From positions 2,048,001 to 2,112,000 of the forward strand of contig OY760505.1 of the NCBI GenBank assembly GCA_963663545.1: DNA of 64,000 nucleotides. The letters are read 5' to 3'. A program made the translations under genes and the position numbers. Below are positions 27,404 to 35,626 of this stretch, one piece after another. This DNA is from Candidatus Delongbacteria bacterium (GTDB taxonomy: Bacteria; CAIWAD01). How positions within the stretch are numbered: the stretch's first letter is position 1; the number at the start of each line of letters is the position of its first letter. A model generated the notes under the pieces. That model was not told the origin of the DNA. It saw only the letters and a program-made list of their open reading frames with translations, and ran no database searches.

Positions 27404-29788
27404 ATGACCAAAAATGATGTCAACGAAGTCATGATCCCTTCGCAGCTGCCATTGATTCCGCTGCGTGATATGGTGATCTATCCATACATGATCTTTCCAC
27501 TGTTGATCGGCCGCGAAGGCTCGATGAAAGCCGTGGAAGAGGCCATGGTTCGAGAGAAACTGGTGCTGGTTGTAGCACAGCGAGATCCGCACGAAGAATC
27601 GCCCAAGCGCAAAGACCTGTACGAGACCGGTACTGTTGTCAAGGTGCTGCAGATTCTGCGTCTGCCGAACAACGTGATCAAGGTTCTGGTGGAAGGCGTG
27701 ACACGCGCCCGCATCGAGAAAGTCCGCACGCAACGTGGCATGCAGGTGGCTACCCTAAGTCTAACGCCGGATCCTGTCGAGGACGGAGCGGACAGCGGCC
27801 TTGAAGCCATGGCGCGTTTTGCCATAAGTCAGTTCCGCGACTATGTGAGCCTCAACAATAATCTGCCGGACGAGATTCTCGCCAGCATCGATCAGATCAA
27901 TCAGCTTTCCGTCCTGGTCGATTTCATCGCCGCACATGTTGTACAGGCGGTGGATCGCAAGCAGCCTATTCTTTCCGCCGATGCTCTCGAAGAGCGCTTT
28001 CGCCTGCTGAACGAGTTGCTCAACAGTGAGATCGAGATCCTCAAGCTGGAGCAGAACATCGAGAGCCAGGTGCGCGACAAGATCACGCGCACACAGCGCA
28101 CCTTCTATCTGCAAGAGCAAATGCGCATCATTCGCAAAGAGCTGGGCGAAGACAATGAGGACGAAGAGGGCGTCGTTGCCACGTACCTCGAGAAGATGGA
28201 GCGCGCCAAGCTGCCCAAGCAGACGCGAGAGCGTTTTGAGGAGGAGCTGAACCGTCTGCGCTTGATGTCCTCCATGTCGCCTGAAGCGAATGTGATACGC
28301 AACTATCTGGATTGGATTTTGGCGGTACCCTGGGGCAATCGTACGCGGGACAATCTGGATATCGATCGCGCCGAGGCCATTCTGCACGAAGACCACTACG
28401 GTCTGCTCAAGCCCAAGGAGCGCATTCTGGAGCATCTGGCTGTGCTGAAGCGCGTCAAGAAAATTCGCGGCCAGATCATTTGTTTCGTCGGCCCGCCCGG
28501 TGTCGGCAAGACCAGTTTGGGGCGTTCGATTGCGCGCGCCATCAAGCGCAACTTCGTTCGCATTTCCCTTGGCGGAGTGCGCGACGAGGCAGAGATTCGC
28601 GGACACCGGCGCACCTACATCGGTGCCATGCCTGGCCGCATCATCCAAAGCATGAAGCGCGCTGGCAGCCGCAATCCTGTGATTCTGCTGGACGAGATCG
28701 ATAAGATGGCGATGGATTTTCGTGGCGATCCCTCGGCGGCTCTGTTGGAAGTGCTGGATCCTCAGCAGAATTGCAGCTTCAGCGATCACTACCTCGACTT
28801 GGACTACGATTTAAGCGAGGTCATGTTCATCACAACAGCCAATGTAGCGGGGGCTATTCCACCAGCATTGCGCGACCGCATGGAGGTGATCCAGCTTCCC
28901 GGCTATCTGGCACACCAGAAGCAGCAAATCGCGCGTCAATTTTTGGTTCCACGCCAGCTCGAGGAGCACGGCCTGAGCAATAAGGATCTGCAAATCAGCG
29001 ACAATACGCTTGAGGAAATCGTCGCACGCTACACGCAGGAGGCGGGAGTTCGCACGCTGGAACGCCGCATTGCCAAAGTCTGCCGCAAGGTGGCTCGCGA
29101 GAAGGCAAGCGAAGCAAAGCCTAAGCTGACGCGTGTTACACCCGCTCGTCTGGAGCATTATCTGGGGGCACCCGGCGTTTTCGAAAAGCGTCCGCCAGCC
29201 GTTCCCAGCGTGGGGCGCGCCGTTGGCCTAGCCTGGACTTCCGTCGGCGGCGACCTGTTGGAGATCGAGGTGGGCAGCTACCCCGGCAAGGGACGACTGA
29301 CGATGACCGGGAAACTGGGCGAGGTCATGCAGGAGAGCGCGCGCGCGGCCATGACCTGGCTGCGCATGAATGCGGCGCGCTATCACATTGCCAACACTTT
29401 TTTTGACCGGCATGATTTGCACATCCATCTTCCCGAGGGCGCCATTCCAAAAGATGGCCCTTCGGCAGGTATCACGCTGGTGACTGCGCTTTGCAGTGTG
29501 GCCACCGGAAGGCCGGTACGCAATGACTTGTCCATGACCGGCGAAGTAACGCTCCACGGCGATGTGCTGCCCATTGGTGGTTTGGACGAAAAGGCGATGG
29601 CGGCTCTGCGCGCCGGTATTCAAACCGTGCTCATCCCAAAGGATAACGAGCGTGATGTGGCGGAGTTGGACGAGGTGCTGCGAAAGAAGCTGAGTTTTAT
29701 TCCCGTCAGCTCGATGCACGATGTGTTGGATCTGGCGTTGTTGAAGAAGCCTGGCAGAAGCCGCGCGACGGCGTCTGCTAAGAAATGA
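27404..29788 (+). CDS. lon: Lon protease (endopeptidase La)
   Basis: LPLIPLRD, GPPGVGKTS, RRTYIGAMPG, PKDGPSAG, K in GGLDEKA. Confidence 0.97.
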   Translation: MTKNDVNEVMIPSQLPLIPLRDMVIYPYMIFPLLIGREGSMKAVEEAMVREKLVLVVAQRDPHEESPKRKDLYETGTVVKVLQILRLPNNVIKVLVEGVTRARIEKVRTQRGMQVATLSLTPDPVEDGADSGLEAMARFAISQFRDYVSLNNNLPDEILASIDQINQLSVLVDFIAAHVVQAVDRKQPILSADALEERFRLLNELLNSEIEILKLEQNIESQVRDKITRTQRTFYLQEQMRIIRKELGEDNEDEEGVVATYLEKMERAKLPKQTRERFEEELNRLRLMSSMSPEANVIRNYLDWILAVPWGNRTRDNLDIDRAEAILHEDHYGLLKPKERILEHLAVLKRVKKIRGQIICFVGPPGVGKTSLGRSIARAIKRNFVRISLGGVRDEAEIRGHRRTYIGAMPGRIIQSMKRAGSRNPVILLDEIDKMAMDFRGDPSAALLEVLDPQQNCSFSDHYLDLDYDLSEVMFITTANVAGAIPPALRDRMEVIQLPGYLAHQKQQIARQFLVPRQLEEHGLSNKDLQISDNTLEEIVARYTQEAGVRTLERRIAKVCRKVAREKASEAKPKLTRVTPARLEHYLGAPGVFEKRPPAVPSVGRAVGLAWTSVGGDLLEIEVGSYPGKGRLTMTGKLGEVMQESARAAMTWLRMNAARYHIANTFFDRHDLHIHLPEGAIPKDGPSAGITLVTALCSVATGRPVRNDLSMTGEVTLHGDVLPIGGLDEKAMAALRAGIQTVLIPKDNERDVAELDEVLRKKLSFIPVSSMHDVLDLALLKKPGRSRATASAKK

Positions 29789-29932
29789 CGTGTGCCCGGT
29801 CACACATTCCACAAGGTGCGAGCATTATGCTTCGTCACGTGGACCGGTAAGACTATTGCCGAAACGGGGTGATTATACCTGTTTTGCGGCTTGAATAAGA
29901 CCGATCTACAATGCTTTAGAAAGGATCAGGAA

Positions 29933-30172
29933 ATGAGCGACAAGGATTTGCGGGCACAGGTGGAGCAGGTACTGGCAGAGAAGATTGCCCCCGCCATTGC
30001 GATGGATGGTGGATTCTGCGAGCTGGTCGACTTGAAAGACAAGGTCGTTTACCTGCGTTTGGGCGGTGCCTGCAGCGGTTGCCCTTCATCGACGATTACA
30101 CTGAAGCACGGTGTGGAGCGTATCCTGCGTCAGGATGTGGATCCGGAGATCGTCGTCGAGCAGGCCTTTTAG
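29933..30172 (+). CDS. NifU C-terminal domain (Nfu-type) Fe-S carrier
   Basis: IAPAIAMDGG, GACSGCPSS..TLK.G.E. Confidence 0.92.
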   Translation: MSDKDLRAQVEQVLAEKIAPAIAMDGGFCELVDLKDKVVYLRLGGACSGCPSSTITLKHGVERILRQDVDPEIVVEQAF

Positions 30173-30300
30173 TCGCCAGCAGTTTGCCTGATGGAGATTG
30201 CGCGCTATCCGCGGACATCTACGGAGTACCGCGGATAGTTCTTCGGAATTGTTGCGCAGCGGTGATCCAATAGGCGGATCCGATACTACAGGGAGGTGCC

Positions 30301-32721
30301 ATGAGGAAAGCGACTTTGTTACTCCTGAGCCTGGGAATAGCCACGCTGGCTTTTGCCGATGCTCCGCGTTTGCGTCACGATCCAGTGATCGCGGGAGGAA
30401 CGGCGAGCGAGAACGCCGCACGCAGGGATACAACAACGCTCATCAACTTCGATTTCGCCAGCGGGCTAGATGGTTGGTACAGCGAGGATCTGACGCTGGC
30501 CTTGTCAACATGGCATCCTGACACCTTCAACACCTGGGATGGCAGCCGTAATTGGTGGGCGGGCGATCGGCAGGTCGGCGGGTATTTGAATCACACGCTG
30601 CTGTATCTGGAAATGCCGGCTCTCAACTTGACGGAAACCGACAATCCCACGCTTTCCTTCCAGCTGTATTACGCCATTGAAAGCCCGGTCTCAGCACCCG
30701 ATCCCTGGGATGCCTGGGATGCATGCCATGTGGAAGTACGGGTCTCCGGCGGCGACTGGGAGATCCTTGAACCCACAACACCTGCCTACAATGCCGAGAA
30801 CGCCTTTGCCTTCTCTTACATTTTCGGCCAGGAAAACAGTGCTGGATGGGCGGGCATGTCGGGCAGCTGGCTGTCGGCGTCTTGCGACCTGAGCGACTAT
30901 CGAAGCGTGGCCACGCGCGTGCGCTTTGCGTTTGCCAGCGACAACAGCACCGCCTATCCCTCCAATCCTACCCTCACGGGTATGCAATTAGATGACATTC
31001 GCATTCAGGATGGGGCCGAGCTGCTATTGCAGAATGATGCCGACGGCATCGATACCCCCGGACCCACGCTGCACTATTCCGGTGTTACCTCCGGTGGCGA
31101 CAATTGGATGGTTTCGAGCGATTGCGTAAGTCCGCAGTTTAGTCTGCGCTGCAACATCGAGGAGCAGGATGAGCCGATTCTGAATTCGATTACCTCTCCT
31201 TACATCACACTGCCGGACAATTACAATCTCTTCCTCGACTTCTGGATGAAGTGCGACATGCCGGATTATGATGGCGACGGAGATGAGACGCTGGACGACT
31301 ATTTCGAGCTGCAGTATTCGTTCGACGGTAATGACTGGAACACGCTTTTCTACGAGTACTATGGCCTGGTTACTGGCAACGGACAGTGGTTCCATTTTAG
31401 CGGCGATGTCGGTCATGCCAATTCGGATTCGGACATCAGCTTCCTTGCGGGGACGAACGTCAGCTTCCGCTTTGTCGTGGTCACGGACGAGAACTACGAC
31501 GGTGGTACGGGTACGGGCCTTTTCATCGACGACTTCGCGATTCTGGGCGAACCTCTGCTGACGCAGGATGCTGCCGTTGTCGATGTTCGCTTCCCATATC
31601 CCCGGACGCTGGGGCGTGAAATGGATGCCGCCGTAACCCTGCGGAATACGGGTTCTGCGAATCTCAGCGGCACGGGCTGGCTGTTGTTGATCGATAACAT
31701 TGCGACCGACTATTCGGGCTTGGTGGATCTGCCGATTGGCGCGACGACAACAACGACTTTTTCCTACGTACCCGCCGAGGGCAGCCTGCATTTTCCGAAG
31801 GTTCGTCTGACGACCAACGACGACTTCAGCGGTAACGATTCCCTAACAGTGCCCAGTTACATCGTGCGCAATTCCAATGTGCTTGAGCTGGCCAACGACT
31901 ATGCCTGGAATCTGATCACGCCCAACTATCAGTACACGACGGGCCAGGGTGAAGAACTTGGTGTGGGTTATTTGCAGCGCTTCGACCTGAGCAATGTGAT
32001 ACAGGACGAAGAGACATGGTACGAGCTCGACAGTCTGACGCTGCGTCTGGCCTCTTTCAACATTGCTCAAGGTGAAACGGCTGCTTGGCAGCTGCGCATT
32101 TATTCCGGTGATCCCGAAACTGCAGAGCCCCTGTTTACGCGCGACTACACCTACGAACCCAGTTTCTCCGGTGGCCTTTCCTCGGCGGATTGGGTGAGCG
32201 TTGATCTAAGCACTGATCAGCTACGCATGCGTGGCAGCTACTTCCTGGGCGTATTTCCGCTGGAGCTTTCCAATCACGATACCGGCAACAATGCGCCCGT
32301 ACCAAACGTGACCGTTGTGCGACGTACCTGGGAAGACCCCATGTCGGCCTTCTTCAGTGGTGGGTTCATGGAGCTGCTGCCCGATCACCAGTATGATTTC
32401 CACTGCTTCGGTCATGAGTGGACAGACGATGTCGCTGTATCACCGGTACTACCGCGCTCGGCGGAGCTGAAGGCTTGTGTTCCCAATCCCTTCAACCCGA
32501 CAACCAGCGTGCAGTTTGTCACACACTCTACGGGGCAGGTTCGTTTGATGGCCTATGATCTGCTTGGTCGTGAAGTCCAGCGCCTTGTGGATGCGCCCAT
32601 GATGGCTGGATCGCATGATGTCGTGTTTGACGGCGGCGCACTGGCGAGTGGCGTTTACCTGCTGCGTCTTAGTGTTAACAACCACCTCTGTGATACACAG
32701 AAGGTGCTATTGGTGAAATAG
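30301..32721 (+). CDS. Secreted protein with a T9SS-type/FlgD-like C-terminal domain
   Basis: Signal peptide; beta-sandwich modules; C-terminal PNPFNPTT...YDLLGREV..L...ASGVYL.RL.....KVLLVK. Confidence 0.85.
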   Translation: MRKATLLLLSLGIATLAFADAPRLRHDPVIAGGTASENAARRDTTTLINFDFASGLDGWYSEDLTLALSTWHPDTFNTWDGSRNWWAGDRQVGGYLNHTLLYLEMPALNLTETDNPTLSFQLYYAIESPVSAPDPWDAWDACHVEVRVSGGDWEILEPTTPAYNAENAFAFSYIFGQENSAGWAGMSGSWLSASCDLSDYRSVATRVRFAFASDNSTAYPSNPTLTGMQLDDIRIQDGAELLLQNDADGIDTPGPTLHYSGVTSGGDNWMVSSDCVSPQFSLRCNIEEQDEPILNSITSPYITLPDNYNLFLDFWMKCDMPDYDGDGDETLDDYFELQYSFDGNDWNTLFYEYYGLVTGNGQWFHFSGDVGHANSDSDISFLAGTNVSFRFVVVTDENYDGGTGTGLFIDDFAILGEPLLTQDAAVVDVRFPYPRTLGREMDAAVTLRNTGSANLSGTGWLLLIDNIATDYSGLVDLPIGATTTTTFSYVPAEGSLHFPKVRLTTNDDFSGNDSLTVPSYIVRNSNVLELANDYAWNLITPNYQYTTGQGEELGVGYLQRFDLSNVIQDEETWYELDSLTLRLASFNIAQGETAAWQLRIYSGDPETAEPLFTRDYTYEPSFSGGLSSADWVSVDLSTDQLRMRGSYFLGVFPLELSNHDTGNNAPVPNVTVVRRTWEDPMSAFFSGGFMELLPDHQYDFHCFGHEWTDDVAVSPVLPRSAELKACVPNPFNPTTSVQFVTHSTGQVRLMAYDLLGREVQRLVDAPMMAGSHDVVFDGGALASGVYLLRLSVNNHLCDTQKVLLVK

Positions 32722-32742
32722 ACTCTTTCGCATTTGTGATAC

Positions 32743-32773
32743 AAAAAGCCCCCGTTTGATGCGGGGGCTTTTT
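32743..32773. terminator. Bidirectional terminator
   Basis: AAAAAGCCCCCG-TTTGATG-CGGGGGCTTTTT between convergent genes. Confidence 0.9.
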
Positions 32774-32790
32774 ATTGACTGCCAGTTCGC

Positions 32791-33336
32791 TCAAGCAAAG
32801 ATCAGCCTGCAGATCCAAACAGCGGCCAGAACACCGGCGGCATCTGCCAGCAAACCCGCCAGCACAGCGTGGCGACTGCGCCGAATACCGACCGCGCCGA
32901 AATAGACCGCCAGTACGTAGAAGGTCGTCTCTGTCGAACCGTACATGGTTGTGGCAATGCGACCGATCAGGGAATCTGGCCCGTGGGTTTGCACTAGCTC
33001 GGTTACCAGGCCCAGTGTGCCGGAGCCGGAAAGCGGGCGCATCAGTGCGCAGGGCAAAACTTCTGCTGGCATGCCGATCCTATCGGTTAACGGTGATACA
33101 AGAGCAGCGAACCAGTCCAGTGCGCCGGACGCGCGAAACATGCCGATGGCAACAAGAATGGCCACGAGATAGGGGATGATTCGAAGGGCGACATCAAACC
33201 CACCCTTGGCACCTTCGATGAACTCTTCGTATACGCGCACCTTCCGAGTGAGTGCGACCAGTGGGACAAGAGCAAGGAATGCTGGAACAAGCGATTGTGA
33301 TACAGCATCAATTGCCGGCTTTAGCAGATCAATCAC
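32791..33336 (-). CDS. spmB: SpmB-like membrane protein (nucleoside recognition gate)
   Basis: YEEFIEGAK.G, MRPLSGSG, GSTETTFYVLAVYFG. Confidence 0.9.
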   Translation of the reverse strand: MIDLLKPAIDAVSQSLVPAFLALVPLVALTRKVRVYEEFIEGAKGGFDVALRIIPYLVAILVAIGMFRASGALDWFAALVSPLTDRIGMPAEVLPCALMRPLSGSGTLGLVTELVQTHGPDSLIGRIATTMYGSTETTFYVLAVYFGAVGIRRSRHAVLAGLLADAAGVLAAVWICRLIFA

Positions 33337-33941
33337 GCTTCACCCCCTTGCTTGTCGGCTTTGTGCGGGAAGAAGCGGCGCAGCGTGCGTGCCGCAACAA
33401 TGGCTACTACCGTGGCGCAGCCAGAGGCAAAAAGGGTTGTGCCGATGATCTCGGCAGGGTTTGCGCTACCAGCACCGGCCCGCACAGCAATGATGGTCGA
33501 GGGTACAATGGTGATACTTGCTGTGTTGATGGCTAGAAAAGTGACCTGACTATCACTGGCTGTATCACGGCTCGTGTTGAGCTCTTGAAGCTGTTCCATC
33601 GCTTTCAAGCCCAGTGGTGTAGCTGCATTTCCCAGACCGAGCCAGCTTGCACTGATGTTCAGTAGCATCGAGCCGATTACCGGATGTCCTTTAGGGATCT
33701 CGGGAAAGAACAGGCGAAACACCGGCGACAGCATCCAGGCTAGAAAACGTATCACACCGGCTTTCTCGGCTACACGCATTACGCCCAGCCAGAGGCTCAT
33801 GACGCCAACCAGGCTCAGAGCAATTGTGACGGCGGCCTCCGCCATATCAAAGGCGGCCTTGGTGACTTCGTCCAGCCTGCCTGTACACATGCCGGTAATA
33901 ACCGACACGACCATCAGGCCGATCCAGATGTAGTTGAGCAT
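33333..33941 (-). CDS. spmA: SpmA-like membrane protein (nucleoside recognition gate)
   Basis: MLNYIW, WLG.M..AE.AG, LGLGNAATPLGLKAM. Confidence 0.9.
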   Translation of the reverse strand: MLNYIWIGLMVVSVITGMCTGRLDEVTKAAFDMAEAAVTIALSLVGVMSLWLGVMRVAEKAGVIRFLAWMLSPVFRLFFPEIPKGHPVIGSMLLNISASWLGLGNAATPLGLKAMEQLQELNTSRDTASDSQVTFLAINTASITIVPSTIIAVRAGAGSANPAEIIGTTLFASGCATVVAIVAARTLRRFFPHKADKQGGEA

Positions 33942-33950
33942 GCGTCTTCC

Positions 33951-35150
33951 TCAGGAATGTCTGCGCTTGCGAATGTCGATATCGAGTTCGTGCAACTCGC
34001 CAATGCGGTCCAACAACTGCTGTTCAATCAATCCGGCCTGTGTGTCACGCTCTTCGGGTGACACAACCGGATCAAACAGTAGCGTCAGGCGAGCCGCGTT
34101 ACGGTTGTGCCTTTGTGATACGTGCAGATCAAAGGCCGCCACACTGCTGCCTGCTCCCAGAAGGACTTCCAGCTCCTGCTGAATACGGGCGCGAATCGGG
34201 TCGTCATAGTTCACCGGGTCGACGTGCACTGTCACTTGCGCTGCGCACTCGCGGCTGATTTTTGCACGCACTTTCTCGGCAATCTCGTGTGCTTCGATCA
34301 AACTCAGGTCGTAGGCCACTTCAATATCCAGGCTGATGAAGCGGCTTAAGCCGTACTCATGAACCAGGATTTCGTGTACGTTGGCAGCGCCGGGCACTTG
34401 TAATACAATTCCCGTCAGCTTCTCAATCTGTTCCGGTTCCGGGCTGCGCCCGAGGAGCTCGTCAAAGGTCTCACGCGCAATACCAAAGCCCGTCCAGACC
34501 ACCATTGCGGAAACAATCAGCCCGGCGATTCCGTCGACGTGCGGCACATGCCACAACTGCAGTAGAAGCGCGAGGATCACGACGCCGGTGGAAAGCGCAT
34601 CCAGACGATGGTGCCATGCGTCAGCTTTCAGTGATCCCGAACTAAGGAACACACCAAGTTGCTCCGAGAAGCGCGCCAGCCATTCTTTGATGAGCAGTGT
34701 CAGTAGCAGCAGGCCCAGGATCGGCCAACTGAAGAGCACAGGTTCGGGAGTGATCAGTCGTGTGACGGCACTCCGTCCAAGCTCTACACCGGCCAGAATC
34801 AACAGGATGGCAATAACCAGCGTCGAGACCGCTTCCGCGCGACCATGACCGAAGGGGTGTTCGCGATCGGCCGCTTGTTGGCTGAGGTGGAAGCCCGCGA
34901 TGACCACAATGCTGGTCAGGCAATCGCTAAGGCTGTGCACAGCGTCCGAAAGAATCGCCAGACTACCCGTGTAGAGTCCTGCCAGCAGCTTAATCAAAGC
35001 CAGGGCTGAATTGACGACAATGGAAAGCCATCCTTCGGTGCTTCCCAGGCGCGTTCGTAGCTCGGTTTCCTGCAGGCCGCGCCAGCGATTCAGCAGGCGT
35101 TGAATCAACCAGGCATTTGGCCCTTGTGACGGCAACGTTTCTCTCTTCAT
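33951..35150 (-). CDS. Cation diffusion facilitator family transporter
   Basis: SDAVHSLSD, DREHPFGHGRAE, ADAWHHRLD, C-terminal dimerisation domain VHVDP; start uncertain (35150 or 35180). Confidence 0.9.
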   Translation of the reverse strand: MKRETLPSQGPNAWLIQRLLNRWRGLQETELRTRLGSTEGWLSIVVNSALALIKLLAGLYTGSLAILSDAVHSLSDCLTSIVVIAGFHLSQQAADREHPFGHGRAEAVSTLVIAILLILAGVELGRSAVTRLITPEPVLFSWPILGLLLLTLLIKEWLARFSEQLGVFLSSGSLKADAWHHRLDALSTGVVILALLLQLWHVPHVDGIAGLIVSAMVVWTGFGIARETFDELLGRSPEPEQIEKLTGIVLQVPGAANVHEILVHEYGLSRFISLDIEVAYDLSLIEAHEIAEKVRAKISRECAAQVTVHVDPVNYDDPIRARIQQELEVLLGAGSSVAAFDLHVSQRHNRNAARLTLLFDPVVSPEERDTQAGLIEQQLLDRIGELHELDIDIRKRRHS

Positions 35151-35401
35151 ACAGAGCAAGATAGGAATCTGAGTTGCCATTAGCCGGGGCTTAACACCGT
35201 CCCCCGGAATGCGACAGGGCCTTAAAATAACAGTAGGTTATAACTTGTTCGTGATACATGAATAACACAGTGCTTTGTGCAGAAATAACAATCGGCCGTC
35301 AGATATTGAACAATTTTCAAACCGAGGGATTGTCGCTTGTTTTTGCAAAACAAAGAGATAGTCTGTGGCATGATTTGTGCGCCGCTTTGCGCCATTAGCA
35401 A

Positions 35402-35507
35402 AGTCGAATGGTACTCGCGACGTAGGTCGCAGCACGGCGAGATCCCTCGGGGATAAGCCGTCTCCCCTCAGAAGTGTCGAGTAGGCAGCTTGAAACTTCA
35501 ATCGACT
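35402..35507 (+). ncRNA. Candidate structured RNA of unknown family upstream of pepN
   Basis: Nested stems AGTCGA/TCGACT, TACTCG/CGAGTA, GCGAC/GTCGC, ACGGC/GCCGT, ATCCC/GGGAT, followed by a terminator. Confidence 0.45.
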
Positions 35508-35511
35508 CAGT

Positions 35512-35539
35512 AGCCCGCCTGTCGGCGGGCTTCTTGTTT
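35512..35539 (+). terminator. Intrinsic terminator / attenuator in the pepN leader
   Basis: AGCCCGCC-TGTC-GGCGGGCT then TCTTGTTT. Confidence 0.7.
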
Positions 35540-35626
35540 GAAAGCTGTATGTGGTTGCGTGAAAGCCCGCCTTGATGCAACTTATGTCATGACTCCAACC
35601 AATCCCAATACCTCTTCAACTACCGA

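Noticed and set aside
32791..33941. spmA/spmB as evidence of sporulation
   Set aside because: These membrane proteins are widespread in non-sporulating bacteria.
35402..35507. NiCo (czcD) riboswitch for the neighbouring CDF gene, or a tRNA/SRP RNA
   Set aside because: Lacks those consensus sequences; the terminator and G-U pairs point to the plus strand, away from the CDF gene.
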